Origin: a virus
Taxonomy: Duplodnaviria > Caudoviricetes
Length of the DNA: 64,000 bases
Direction: 5' to 3' (one strand)
Virus record (IMG/VR): IMGVR_UViG_3300031951_000008
Shown one piece after another: positions 57,089-64,000 of this stretch (its first letter is position 1; each line of letters opens with the position of its first letter). The notes under the pieces were generated by a model. That model worked only from the letters and a program-made list of their open reading frames with translations, was not told the DNA's origin and ran no database searches. A program made the translations under genes and the position numbers.

Positions 57089-58573
57089 ATGGCCAACGTC
57101 ACGATCGGACCAGAATTCTTCAAAAAAGAACTAAACGAGTACGCTGATTGGGTTTGGGCCTTCATCCGCGAGGCTTGCCAGAACTCGATTGACGCTAGAG
57201 GCTGCGATCATATCAGGTGGGATATCAGGCACGGTGCTCATGGTGATACCGTTGTTGTTTGGGAGAACAATGGAGCTGTTATGGATGAAGATATCATCCT
57301 CAATAAGCTCTTTTCTCTTGGTACATCTGGTAAAAATTTCGAAGGTTCTGTGGGCGGCTTTGGTAAGGCCAAGGTTTTGCTCTACTTTGCTCAAGACAGC
57401 TATGTGATCCAGAGTGGCGATCTGCAGGTGTCTGGTGTCGGCGGCACTTATGATCTACAGCGTGTCAATAGCTACCAGCCTGGTACTTGCTCTGTTGTGG
57501 TGATTAAGGGCGATCATGTGGAGAATCTTTCTAATGCGGTCAAGAAGTTTGCCGCTTATTGCCAGTGGCGTGGTTCCATTAGTTTGAGGGTCGGTAATGC
57601 GGACCCTTCGATTTATCATTGTAACCTTCGCAAAGGTTCCCCTCGTCGTGATCTAAGTTTTGGTAAGGTCTATACGAACAAGTCGTTTAAGAATCGGCTG
57701 ATTGTTCGTATGGGCGGTATGCCGATGTTCAGCCAGTATGTTGATTATGAGGGTACTGTGCTGATTGAGTTGACCGGTTCGAGTGCTGAGTGCTTGACTG
57801 CCAATCGTGATGGCTTGAATTACAAGTTTGGCAGTGAGCTACGATCTTTCGTGGCGGATTTGTCCAATAATAGGCAGAAGGCTTTGAACAGCGGTGGGTC
57901 TTATGTTATCTATGAGGGAGACCTCTTGGGTAATACTGAGAAGAATGCTCCTGTCTCTAGCAGCTCGGAAGATGCTCTTTTTGGCCTCTTTGGCGATCAA
58001 AGTGCTCAGGCAGCCAAGGGCAGCTTTGAAGCTCCTGAGTGCGACGGAAGGCAAGAGAGCGGTATCCGTGCGGTCGTTAAGGAGCTAGTCGAGGTCGCTA
58101 TCTCGACAAGATTTGTTCTGCTCAATAGGACAGATTTGAAGATTCCTTCGTGCTACATTCCGCAGAAGGATTTTAGTGATTATTCCTCTAAGCTGTTGAA
58201 GGCTTGGGGTAAATTGCTGGTAGAGTTGTACAAGATGGAGAAGATCGATGGATCGTTTTCTGTCGGCTTTGTTTTCAGCGAGCCTGATGACTGTGGTCGC
58301 GACACTGAGGCTTCATATGAAGGATCTAAGGATGGGCATGTTTACTTCATTAGTCCTGCCCAATTGGTTAAACAGTCGAGTGGTTCTAGCCGGAGCTTCA
58401 AGAAGAGGTTCTTGTTGACGGAGCGTGACCGGTTGCTTTCGATTGCTGTGCATGAGTTTGTGCACGGTGCTTATGGTCTGCATCAGCATAATGAGACTTA
58501 TGCTGCTGTACTGACCGAGATTTTCGCAAAGGTGATGAAGAATCGTAAGAGATTCAATAAGTGCTTTAGCTGA
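57089..58573 (+). CDS. GHKL (HSP90/MutL-like) ATPase fused to a C-terminal HExxH metallopeptidase-like motif
   Basis: N-box 'FIREACQNSIDA'; G1 'ENNGAVM'; G2 'GGFGKAK'; C-terminal 'AVHEFVHG...HNETY'. Confidence 0.8.
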   Translation: MANVTIGPEFFKKELNEYADWVWAFIREACQNSIDARGCDHIRWDIRHGAHGDTVVVWENNGAVMDEDIILNKLFSLGTSGKNFEGSVGGFGKAKVLLYFAQDSYVIQSGDLQVSGVGGTYDLQRVNSYQPGTCSVVVIKGDHVENLSNAVKKFAAYCQWRGSISLRVGNADPSIYHCNLRKGSPRRDLSFGKVYTNKSFKNRLIVRMGGMPMFSQYVDYEGTVLIELTGSSAECLTANRDGLNYKFGSELRSFVADLSNNRQKALNSGGSYVIYEGDLLGNTEKNAPVSSSSEDALFGLFGDQSAQAAKGSFEAPECDGRQESGIRAVVKELVEVAISTRFVLLNRTDLKIPSCYIPQKDFSDYSSKLLKAWGKLLVELYKMEKIDGSFSVGFVFSEPDDCGRDTEASYEGSKDGHVYFISPAQLVKQSSGSSRSFKKRFLLTERDRLLSIAVHEFVHGAYGLHQHNETYAAVLTEIFAKVMKNRKRFNKCFS

Positions 58574-58604
58574 GTATAGCTCAAAATCTTTTATACGGTG
58601 TGAT

Positions 58605-58955
58605 ATGGCAAAGTATGTTGATGGTGGTTATCCGCTTTACATCTTGGATGATGGTACAGTATTTCTCTGCGACAAGGGCATGAACCATGTCGATTATTGG
58701 GAGGAGACTGTCTGTTTTGCGGCTGCTAGGGCACTAGGTGTATCTGCGTCCGAAATCGCTAATATGCCATACTGTCAAAAGCGGGCCAGGGTTGTTGGTG
58801 ACAACTTGTATTGTGGTGACAAGCTGTCGAAAGCAGTACTCAAGAAGATTAATAAGCTCGTTGGGCGTGAGCTAGTCTTGAAGTATGATGACCATGAGAC
58901 TAGGTGTGATATAAGTGTGAGGCACTTGAAGGGTCTTAGAACCCAAGGTCGATAA
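58605..58955 (+). CDS. Hypothetical protein
   Basis: ORF. Confidence 0.7.
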   Translation: MAKYVDGGYPLYILDDGTVFLCDKGMNHVDYWEETVCFAAARALGVSASEIANMPYCQKRARVVGDNLYCGDKLSKAVLKKINKLVGRELVLKYDDHETRCDISVRHLKGLRTQGR

Positions 58956-59565
58956 TTACGTATTTTGTGCCGTCGTCTATGATGTTTTGGTCTAGGTCGG
59001 ATAGGTGTATTCCTATCCTTTCTAGGCCGTGCAGTGCTTTGAATAAGTCTGCTAGTTTGTATTTTTCATCGTCGTTGTTTTTGCCGTATTTTTCTAGCAT
59101 TTTGTTTTGTGGCGGTGATCCGCCTGCTAGCAGCCAGTCTTTTGCTTTGTCGTAGCTGCCGTTATATGCTAGGGTGAATAGGGCGTTGGTGGCGTATTCT
59201 ATTGGTTGCCCTACTACTTTTTGCGGCATCATTGCGTATGTTTTTAGTTCTGGTATGTCTTGGTATAGTTTTCCACTTGGCCATGGGTAGAGCTTAACTA
59301 TATTTGGGCTATTTAGTCTTTGTGCTCTTACTGAGTTTTGTATATCGTCTTTGTGGGCTGTGACCTTGATCAGAAGGTTTTCTTCTGTCGGGTGCTGGTA
59401 GATTGTTGCAAATGTTCCTCTTGCGTATTGCTTAAGGGGTTCATTAAATCCTAGCAGTTTGGAGATGTCGGTTTTAGAGGTTTTTTCTCTTTTTGCTACT
59501 GCTGTATCGAAGCCTTTGTCCGTCATTGTTTTACGGGTTGCTTCTGCTATGGCTGCTAGTTTCAT
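58936..59565 (-). CDS. Protein-kinase-like fold protein
   Basis: Gly-loop 'ARGTFATIY'; 'LLIKVT'; catalytic loop 'IHLSDLDQNII'; 'VIIDLG'. Confidence 0.7.
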   Translation of the reverse strand: MKLAAIAEATRKTMTDKGFDTAVAKREKTSKTDISKLLGFNEPLKQYARGTFATIYQHPTEENLLIKVTAHKDDIQNSVRAQRLNSPNIVKLYPWPSGKLYQDIPELKTYAMMPQKVVGQPIEYATNALFTLAYNGSYDKAKDWLLAGGSPPQNKMLEKYGKNNDDEKYKLADLFKALHGLERIGIHLSDLDQNIIDDGTKYVIIDLGF

Positions 59566-59572
59566 TTGGACG

Positions 59573-59588
59573 TTTCCAGGGAGGAAAT
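59573..59588 (+). repeat. Dispersed site copy 5 (TTTCCAGGGAGGAAAT-TGCGTA)
   Basis: Fills the 33-bp gap between two minus-strand genes. Confidence 0.95.
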
Positions 59589-59598
59589 TGCGTATGTG

Positions 59599-60771
59599 TT
59601 ATGCTTGATTGATAGCATCTTGATACATCTCGTAGATCAAATCGGCTGGCTTTTGGCCAAAAGCTCCTACGGCGAAACCGGCTTGGTTTACTCCGCCTCT
59701 AACGAAATCGTTATGCTCGGTGAGAGTATCTAGGATTTCTCCTATGAATTGTGCATTGTAGACATTAAATTTCAAGGGTTTAGGTGCTGTTGGAGGTGCT
59801 GCTGGAGGTGCTGCTGGAGGTGCTGCTGGAGGTGCTGCTGGAGGTGCTGCTGGAGGTGCTGCTGGAGGTGCTGCTGGAGGTACTGCTGGAGGTGCTGCTG
59901 GAGGTGCTGCTGGAGTTGGGGATGGTTGGGCTGCCGGAGGTGCTCCTGGTGGAGCCGCTGGTGGGGTCGCTGGAGCTGGCTTCTTTGTGGCTGGGGCCGG
60001 GGCTGGGGCTGGGGCCTTTGTAGCTGCAGGTGTGGTTGTAGTCTGCGATGATGCTTGTGATTGGCTTTGAGTCGATGGTGTAGTTGTGGCTTGCGAAGAC
60101 TGGGTAGAACTTCTCCCTCTTCTACCGTTGCGATTTCTGCTACTCCTATTGCTTCCACCACTACCTGCGGTGGCTCCAGTGCCTATTTCCAGGATCTTAG
60201 CTGCTATGGGTCCTGCGATAGCGAGTCCTGCTGTTATGTTTCGGACAAACCAGGCTCCTAGTTTTTCGAACATGTCAACAAATGAGGATATTATCCCCTC
60301 TTCGAGTCTACCACCTAAGCTGCTGTAATTTTCTTGCGTGTTTTTGATACTGGCTAGGACTGTCCTATCGCAAGTACGCTTCCAACTCTTTTCTAGTCCG
60401 ACACCTGCATGAGGATATGTTTCATCGAAGGTTTTAATAACTTCTGGTTTGAGTAATAGGGCCTTTTGTAGAGCCACTAGTGCCGCTTTGCCTTGAGGTG
60501 TTTCGAGCGGATCCCATGGTTGAGATGTACCGCTTGAAAAATCACTGCTTGCTATTTTCAAGCATACTCTATACAATTCCTTTGAATCGGCAACTATCTG
60601 ACCTAAGCCTGTGTTGTCGATTTTGCTGATCGCTAGTCGGTGTACCTTATCCATATCCTCTTGCATTTGCTTGAGTTTTTGGATCTGGTCGTCTGTTAGC
60701 TGCTGTGGAGCGGCTGGACTTGCTGATGGCTGATCTGTTGTTTCGTCTTCTGCGATGTTGTACAATTTCAT
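59599..60771 (-). CDS. Hypothetical protein with S/T/P/A low-complexity linker
   Basis: MKLYNIAED N-terminus; (PAAP)n. Confidence 0.75.
   Translation of the reverse strand: MKLYNIAEDETTDQPSASPAAPQQLTDDQIQKLKQMQEDMDKVHRLAISKIDNTGLGQIVADSKELYRVCLKIASSDFSSGTSQPWDPLETPQGKAALVALQKALLLKPEVIKTFDETYPHAGVGLEKSWKRTCDRTVLASIKNTQENYSSLGGRLEEGIISSFVDMFEKLGAWFVRNITAGLAIAGPIAAKILEIGTGATAGSGGSNRSSRNRNGRRGRSSTQSSQATTTPSTQSQSQASSQTTTTPAATKAPAPAPAPATKKPAPATPPAAPPGAPPAAQPSPTPAAPPAAPPAVPPAAPPAAPPAAPPAAPPAAPPAAPPAAPPTAPKPLKFNVYNAQFIGEILDTLTEHNDFVRGGVNQAGFAVGAFGQKPADLIYEMYQDAINQA
59783..59914 (-). repeat. 12-bp coding tandem repeat x11 (PAAP)
   Basis: gctggaggtgct units on the + strand. Confidence 0.95.
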
Positions 60772-60872
60772 ATTAATATCCTTCAGAGGTATTTTTGGTC
60801 GATATTCCTGATTCTAGGCCTGTTGCCACAATATATCACAGGGTTCGATTCTTCCTTTAGCACAGGTGAATT

Positions 60873-62024
60873 ATGGTTGATCAAATTATCGCTGGCACTA
60901 ACGTGCAGCCAAGGCCGTACCAACGGCGGATCGTCGGCAAAGTCCTCGATATGTACGGGGGCAATCACATCAACAAGGACGGGCATCAAGAGAATGCTGC
61001 TAAGTCCATCATCATCGTCAGCCCTACGGGTAGTGGCAAGACCGTCATGGGCCTGCTGGCTGCTAAGGGCTGGCAAGCGATGAATCCAGATATCCACGTG
61101 GCTTGGATCGCGATGCGACGCAATCTGCTCAAGCAAGCCGAGTCTGAGAACATCAGCAAAGGCATCAATGTTCAGAATATCCACTTCGTGTCCATGTTCG
61201 ATAGCGAGCCTGAATCCTTGATTCAAGCCAAGCGTGACGGCAAGCAGATTCTTCTGGTGATCGATGAAGCCCAGCACGACGCTGCGTCGTCCATGACGCA
61301 CCTTCACACGATCATCGATCCTTCTTGGATTCTCGGCTTGACTGCGACACCTTTTAGGACCGATAAGGTCAAGCTGGTCTTCGACAAAGTGATCCAAGAC
61401 GCTGGCATCCACGCCTTGATCCAAGACGGGTTCCTGAGTCGCTACGATCACTACACGATCCCAGACTGGCATCCGGAGACGGTGGCGAAGCACTACTCGA
61501 TCGAGCCTGACCGTTGGGGCAAGTCGATTTTCTACTTCAAGAATCTCACGCTGTGCATGCAGATGCAGACTGAGCTTGCCAAGTATGGACACTTCGCAGA
61601 AGTCGTGACCGGCGACAGCGATTGGGAAGACCAGCTTGACCGATTCAGAGACGGTGAGGTAAAGCTCCTTATCAACTGCATGAAGCTCACTGAGGGTTTC
61701 GACGAGCCTAGCCTGCACACGGCTTGGGTCCGTGATTCTGGCAAGGGCTGTACGATGCAGATGGGTGGTCGGGCTTTCCGATTGTACAACAGCTTGCCTG
61801 TCAAGAACGTTGTGCAGTCCAAGAATACTCGGTGGCCTTTCATCAAGACTGCGATGCCTGAGCTACAGTATCTCTGGCAGGAAGATTCTTGGGTTTCTCT
61901 GAAGGTTAATCCGTTTACTAACGTGATTAATGACAATGCGAGAATGGCGATTGCTCAGTCGACGACGAAGATGCCCGCATTCATCACTCAGCGACAGCGA
62001 AAGGTTCGTCCTATTCGCTTCTAA
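60873..62024 (+). CDS. Superfamily 2 DEAD/DEAH-box helicase (ResIII-like)
   Basis: Q-motif 'PRPYQ'; 'SPTGSGKT'; 'IDEAQH'; 'GLTATP'; 'KLTEGFD'; 'QMGGRAFR'. Confidence 0.9.
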   Translation: MVDQIIAGTNVQPRPYQRRIVGKVLDMYGGNHINKDGHQENAAKSIIIVSPTGSGKTVMGLLAAKGWQAMNPDIHVAWIAMRRNLLKQAESENISKGINVQNIHFVSMFDSEPESLIQAKRDGKQILLVIDEAQHDAASSMTHLHTIIDPSWILGLTATPFRTDKVKLVFDKVIQDAGIHALIQDGFLSRYDHYTIPDWHPETVAKHYSIEPDRWGKSIFYFKNLTLCMQMQTELAKYGHFAEVVTGDSDWEDQLDRFRDGEVKLLINCMKLTEGFDEPSLHTAWVRDSGKGCTMQMGGRAFRLYNSLPVKNVVQSKNTRWPFIKTAMPELQYLWQEDSWVSLKVNPFTNVINDNARMAIAQSTTKMPAFITQRQRKVRPIRF

Positions 62025-62036
62025 TTCCTGTGCTAG

Positions 62037-62078
62037 CCGGACCGCTTGCTGACTATTTGGTAGGCGGTCCGGTTTTTT
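62037..62078 (+). terminator. Rho-independent terminator
   Basis: CCGGACCGC...GCGGTCCGG-TTTTTT. Confidence 0.8.
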
Positions 62079-62215
62079 CAGTTTTTGATATATATTAATA
62101 TCGGGGATGTATTGCAGGTAGTACCCGATATTCTTTGCCGGATTGGACCTGCCACAGTATAGTATCGGGGATCAGACGATCCAATTTTCCACACTCTTTT
62201 TCGGGAGCTTTGACT

Positions 62216-63406
62216 ATGGTTGCACCTGCTTTTGATTACGATTTTGTTACTATCCGCGATTTGGACGTTAAGTCCAGCATCAACGAGAAGACCGGCAGAA
62301 GGGTTGTTGAGGCCGTTGCCGTTAACGGTGAGCGGCTCGACCCATCGAACCGGTTCTGGAACAGCCTGTTCGCTCGTTACGGGATCAACAGTGCCTTCTT
62401 TAAGTATTACGAATACGAAGAGGTCTTCTCTCGGATTTCCGAGGTTGAGGCCAACGATCGGCTTCGGATTTGCGTTGAGCGTCAGTCAGACGGCAAAGGT
62501 CGTCTGCTGGCGGTCAGCAATCCGGCCAAGCCTCTCGTGGCTTACAATGAGCTGCAAGGCCTTCTTGATAGCAACGAGTCGAAGTTCTCATACCATGATG
62601 GTATCGTCGAGAGCACGCACGAGCCTCGCGTTGGTGGACACATGTTCGCGATCAAGGGCGACCAGTTCCAGAACCGATTCGTGATGTGCACGCCGATCGA
62701 CGGTTACGGTGCTCCTAACGTCTACTTGAGCCTTCTCCGCATGATCTGCACCAACGGTGTGATCGGATACAGCAAGGTCTTCAAGTCGGCCATCAGCCTT
62801 GGCAAGGCCTCCGACAACGTTGTGCCTGCTTTGGAGCGAGTGATCGATGGTTTCGGCTCCGACGAGGGCTACGCTGCGATCCGCGAGAGGGTTGAGGCTT
62901 CGATGCAATCGTGGGCATCTGTTCACGAAGCATTGTCGCTCCACCAAGTCTTGCATAAGGGCATCTTCGATAAGACCGTCCACAGTGTTTCGAAGCAGTC
63001 CATGACTGACGGTACGTCGCTCAAGATGTGGTACGACAACCGCATCGATGAGCGAGCCGGTTGGGAAGGGGTCGAAGCTCGATCGCCAATGTTTGACGCA
63101 TTTGAAGCCATGACCGGCAACATCATGCGGACTTACGGCGTGGCGAACGTTGATGCCTTCTCTCCGAAGAAGCAACGGACCTTGCCAGTGCGTTGCACAG
63201 TTTATGATCTGATCAACTTCGCTACGGAAGTTGCGTCGCACCATGCTGAGGCTGAGGGTGCACGCAAGATCCAAGCGTGGGTTGGTGATTGCTTGGCCAA
63301 CGAGTACGACATGGAAGGCACCCGCGACAAGATCACGGATTTCAAGGACTTCCACCTTGCTCCTGGTGTCGGCAGTACGACTCATGAAGCTGCAATGGCT
63401 TCCTAG
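62216..63406 (+). CDS. DUF932-like protein
   Basis: 'PIDGYGAPNVYLSLLRMICTNGVIG'; GGGAG RBS. Confidence 0.65.
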   Translation: MVAPAFDYDFVTIRDLDVKSSINEKTGRRVVEAVAVNGERLDPSNRFWNSLFARYGINSAFFKYYEYEEVFSRISEVEANDRLRICVERQSDGKGRLLAVSNPAKPLVAYNELQGLLDSNESKFSYHDGIVESTHEPRVGGHMFAIKGDQFQNRFVMCTPIDGYGAPNVYLSLLRMICTNGVIGYSKVFKSAISLGKASDNVVPALERVIDGFGSDEGYAAIRERVEASMQSWASVHEALSLHQVLHKGIFDKTVHSVSKQSMTDGTSLKMWYDNRIDERAGWEGVEARSPMFDAFEAMTGNIMRTYGVANVDAFSPKKQRTLPVRCTVYDLINFATEVASHHAEAEGARKIQAWVGDCLANEYDMEGTRDKITDFKDFHLAPGVGSTTHEAAMAS

Positions 63407-63420
63407 TTTTGGTCCCTTTT

Positions 63421-63452
63421 GCGGGGTGATCTTCTCGATCACCCCGCTTTTT
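63421..63452 (+). terminator. Rho-independent terminator
   Basis: GCGGGGTGATC-TTCTC-GATCACCCCGC-TTTTT. Confidence 0.85.
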
Positions 63453-63465
63453 CATGGAGGATATC

Positions 63466-63624
63466 ATGGTTAGATTGGTTTTGGCTTTGGTTCTTTTTAC
63501 CGGTTGTGCTTCTAGTAATAGCTTGGAGCGTAAACGATCTGCCGTGAAGGTAGAAGTTATACCGGAATTTTGTGGTCCTGTCTTCTTGTTTGAGGGCAGT
63601 TCCGATAGCTACTGCATTAAGTAA
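63466..63624 (+). CDS. Putative 52-aa lipoprotein; missed by the ORF track
   Basis: GGAGG RBS; MVRLVLALVLFTG-C lipobox-like. Confidence 0.55.
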   Translation: MVRLVLALVLFTGCASSNSLERKRSAVKVEVIPEFCGPVFLFEGSSDSYCIK

Positions 63625-63667
63625 CTAATTATGGGTAATCTGCTCTACAGAGCAGATTTTCCTTTTT

Positions 63668-63741
63668 GCCTCTGTAGCTCAGGTGGATAGAGCAGCAGAT
63701 TTCTAATCTGCTGGTCGTAGGTTCGATTCCTACCAGAGGTG
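63668..63741 (+). tRNA. trnR: tRNA-Arg (anticodon TCT)
   Basis: Acceptor GCCTCTG/CAGAGGT; D arm TAGCTCAGGTGGATAGAGC; anticodon arm GCAGA-TTTCTAA-TCTGC; T-loop GGTTCGATTCC; no encoded CCA. Confidence 0.95.
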
Positions 63742-63777
63742 CTTCGAGTTCGTCTTCAATATGTTCGTTGCCACAAG

Positions 63778-63803
63778 AAAAGGCGGGGGAAACCTCGCCT
63801 TTT
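63778..63803. terminator. Bidirectional intrinsic terminator
   Basis: AAAAGGCGGGG-GAAA-CCTCGCCTTTT. Confidence 0.8.
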
Positions 63804-63824
63804 CGCTTATAATGGGAGATAGTG

Positions 63825-64000
63825 ATGACCAGTGATGGATGGGAGAAATTCAATACCTTCTGCGAAGAGGCGAAGGTTGCAATAGGGCAAGGTTTGAAGC
63901 CTATGAACTTCGTTCGCGATGGCCAGGTCACGACAGTTCTCCATCCTAGCTTACTTACTGGTATTTTGAGCGGTGATTCCGCTTTCAATTCTGCTTTTCT
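63825..64000 (+). CDS. Partial hypothetical ORF running off the window end
   Basis: GGGAG RBS; MTSDGWEKFNTFCEEAK... open to 64000. Confidence 0.55.
   Translation, partial: MTSDGWEKFNTFCEEAKVAIGQGLKPMNFVRDGQVTTVLHPSLLTGILSGDSAFNSAF

Noticed and set aside
41566-59588. Repeated 16-22 bp site as a CRISPR array
   Set aside because: Spacing is 0.7-13 kb and irregular, the repeat is too short, and there are no cas genes
59749-60161. ORF-track peptides with (CCWR)n, (LLEV)n and (QQHL)n repeats
   Set aside because: Alternative-frame or antisense shadows of the PAAP repeat in 59599-60771
60783-63442. Long antisense ORFs 60783-61718 and 62588-63442 (also 52300-53052)
   Set aside because: Shadows of GC-rich-codon genes on the + strand that carry clear protein motifs or a clear RBS and terminator
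63629-63988. 119-aa minus-strand ORF
   Set aside because: Antisense translation of tRNA-Arg and its terminator
1-64000. Interpretation as bacterial chromosome or integrated prophage
   Set aside because: No housekeeping genes, integrase or att junction seen; gene content is dominated by phage-type ORFs

Overview
This 64-kb window looks like part of a large lytic-type (jumbo-like) tailed phage genome. It is densely packed with short unknown ORFs, carries virion genes, a phage sigma-70 factor and a tRNA, and has no cellular housekeeping genes. Several domains point to a Planctomycetota host (inference): planctomycete-type cytochrome c, an SHD1-like domain and a DUF932-like protein. Layout: (1) 1-21 kb holds baseplate and virion proteins, two secreted CxxCH heme-type proteins, a sigma factor, a methyltransferase and a glycosyltransferase. 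(2) 21-41.3 kb is a + strand run dominated by about 30 tandem, highly diverged paralogs of one unknown ~110-190 aa family. They share an N-terminal 'M.(D/E)L..AI..HL' helix and a C-terminal 'I.L(H/N)(D/E)P.(F/L)L..I' motif, and three copies are decaying. (3) At ~41.35-41.6 kb there is a sharp mirror switch from A+C-rich to G+T-rich on the + strand, with iteron-like repeats, an AT-rich tract and a nearby perfect 13-6-13 palindrome; this is a candidate origin. (4) 41.6-64 kb is accessory: five copies of an exact 16-bp site TTTCCAGGGAGGAAAT, a ligase-like nucleotidyltransferase, HTH regulators, a GHKL ATPase fused to an HExxH domain, a kinase-like protein, an SF2 helicase, tRNA-Arg(UCU) and several structured non-coding elements. 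Four of those elements are tRNA-like RNAs that share a GGATCGG/CCGATCC acceptor stem and a T-arm but have unrelated interiors. All family names come from motif recognition by eye; no database searches were run.
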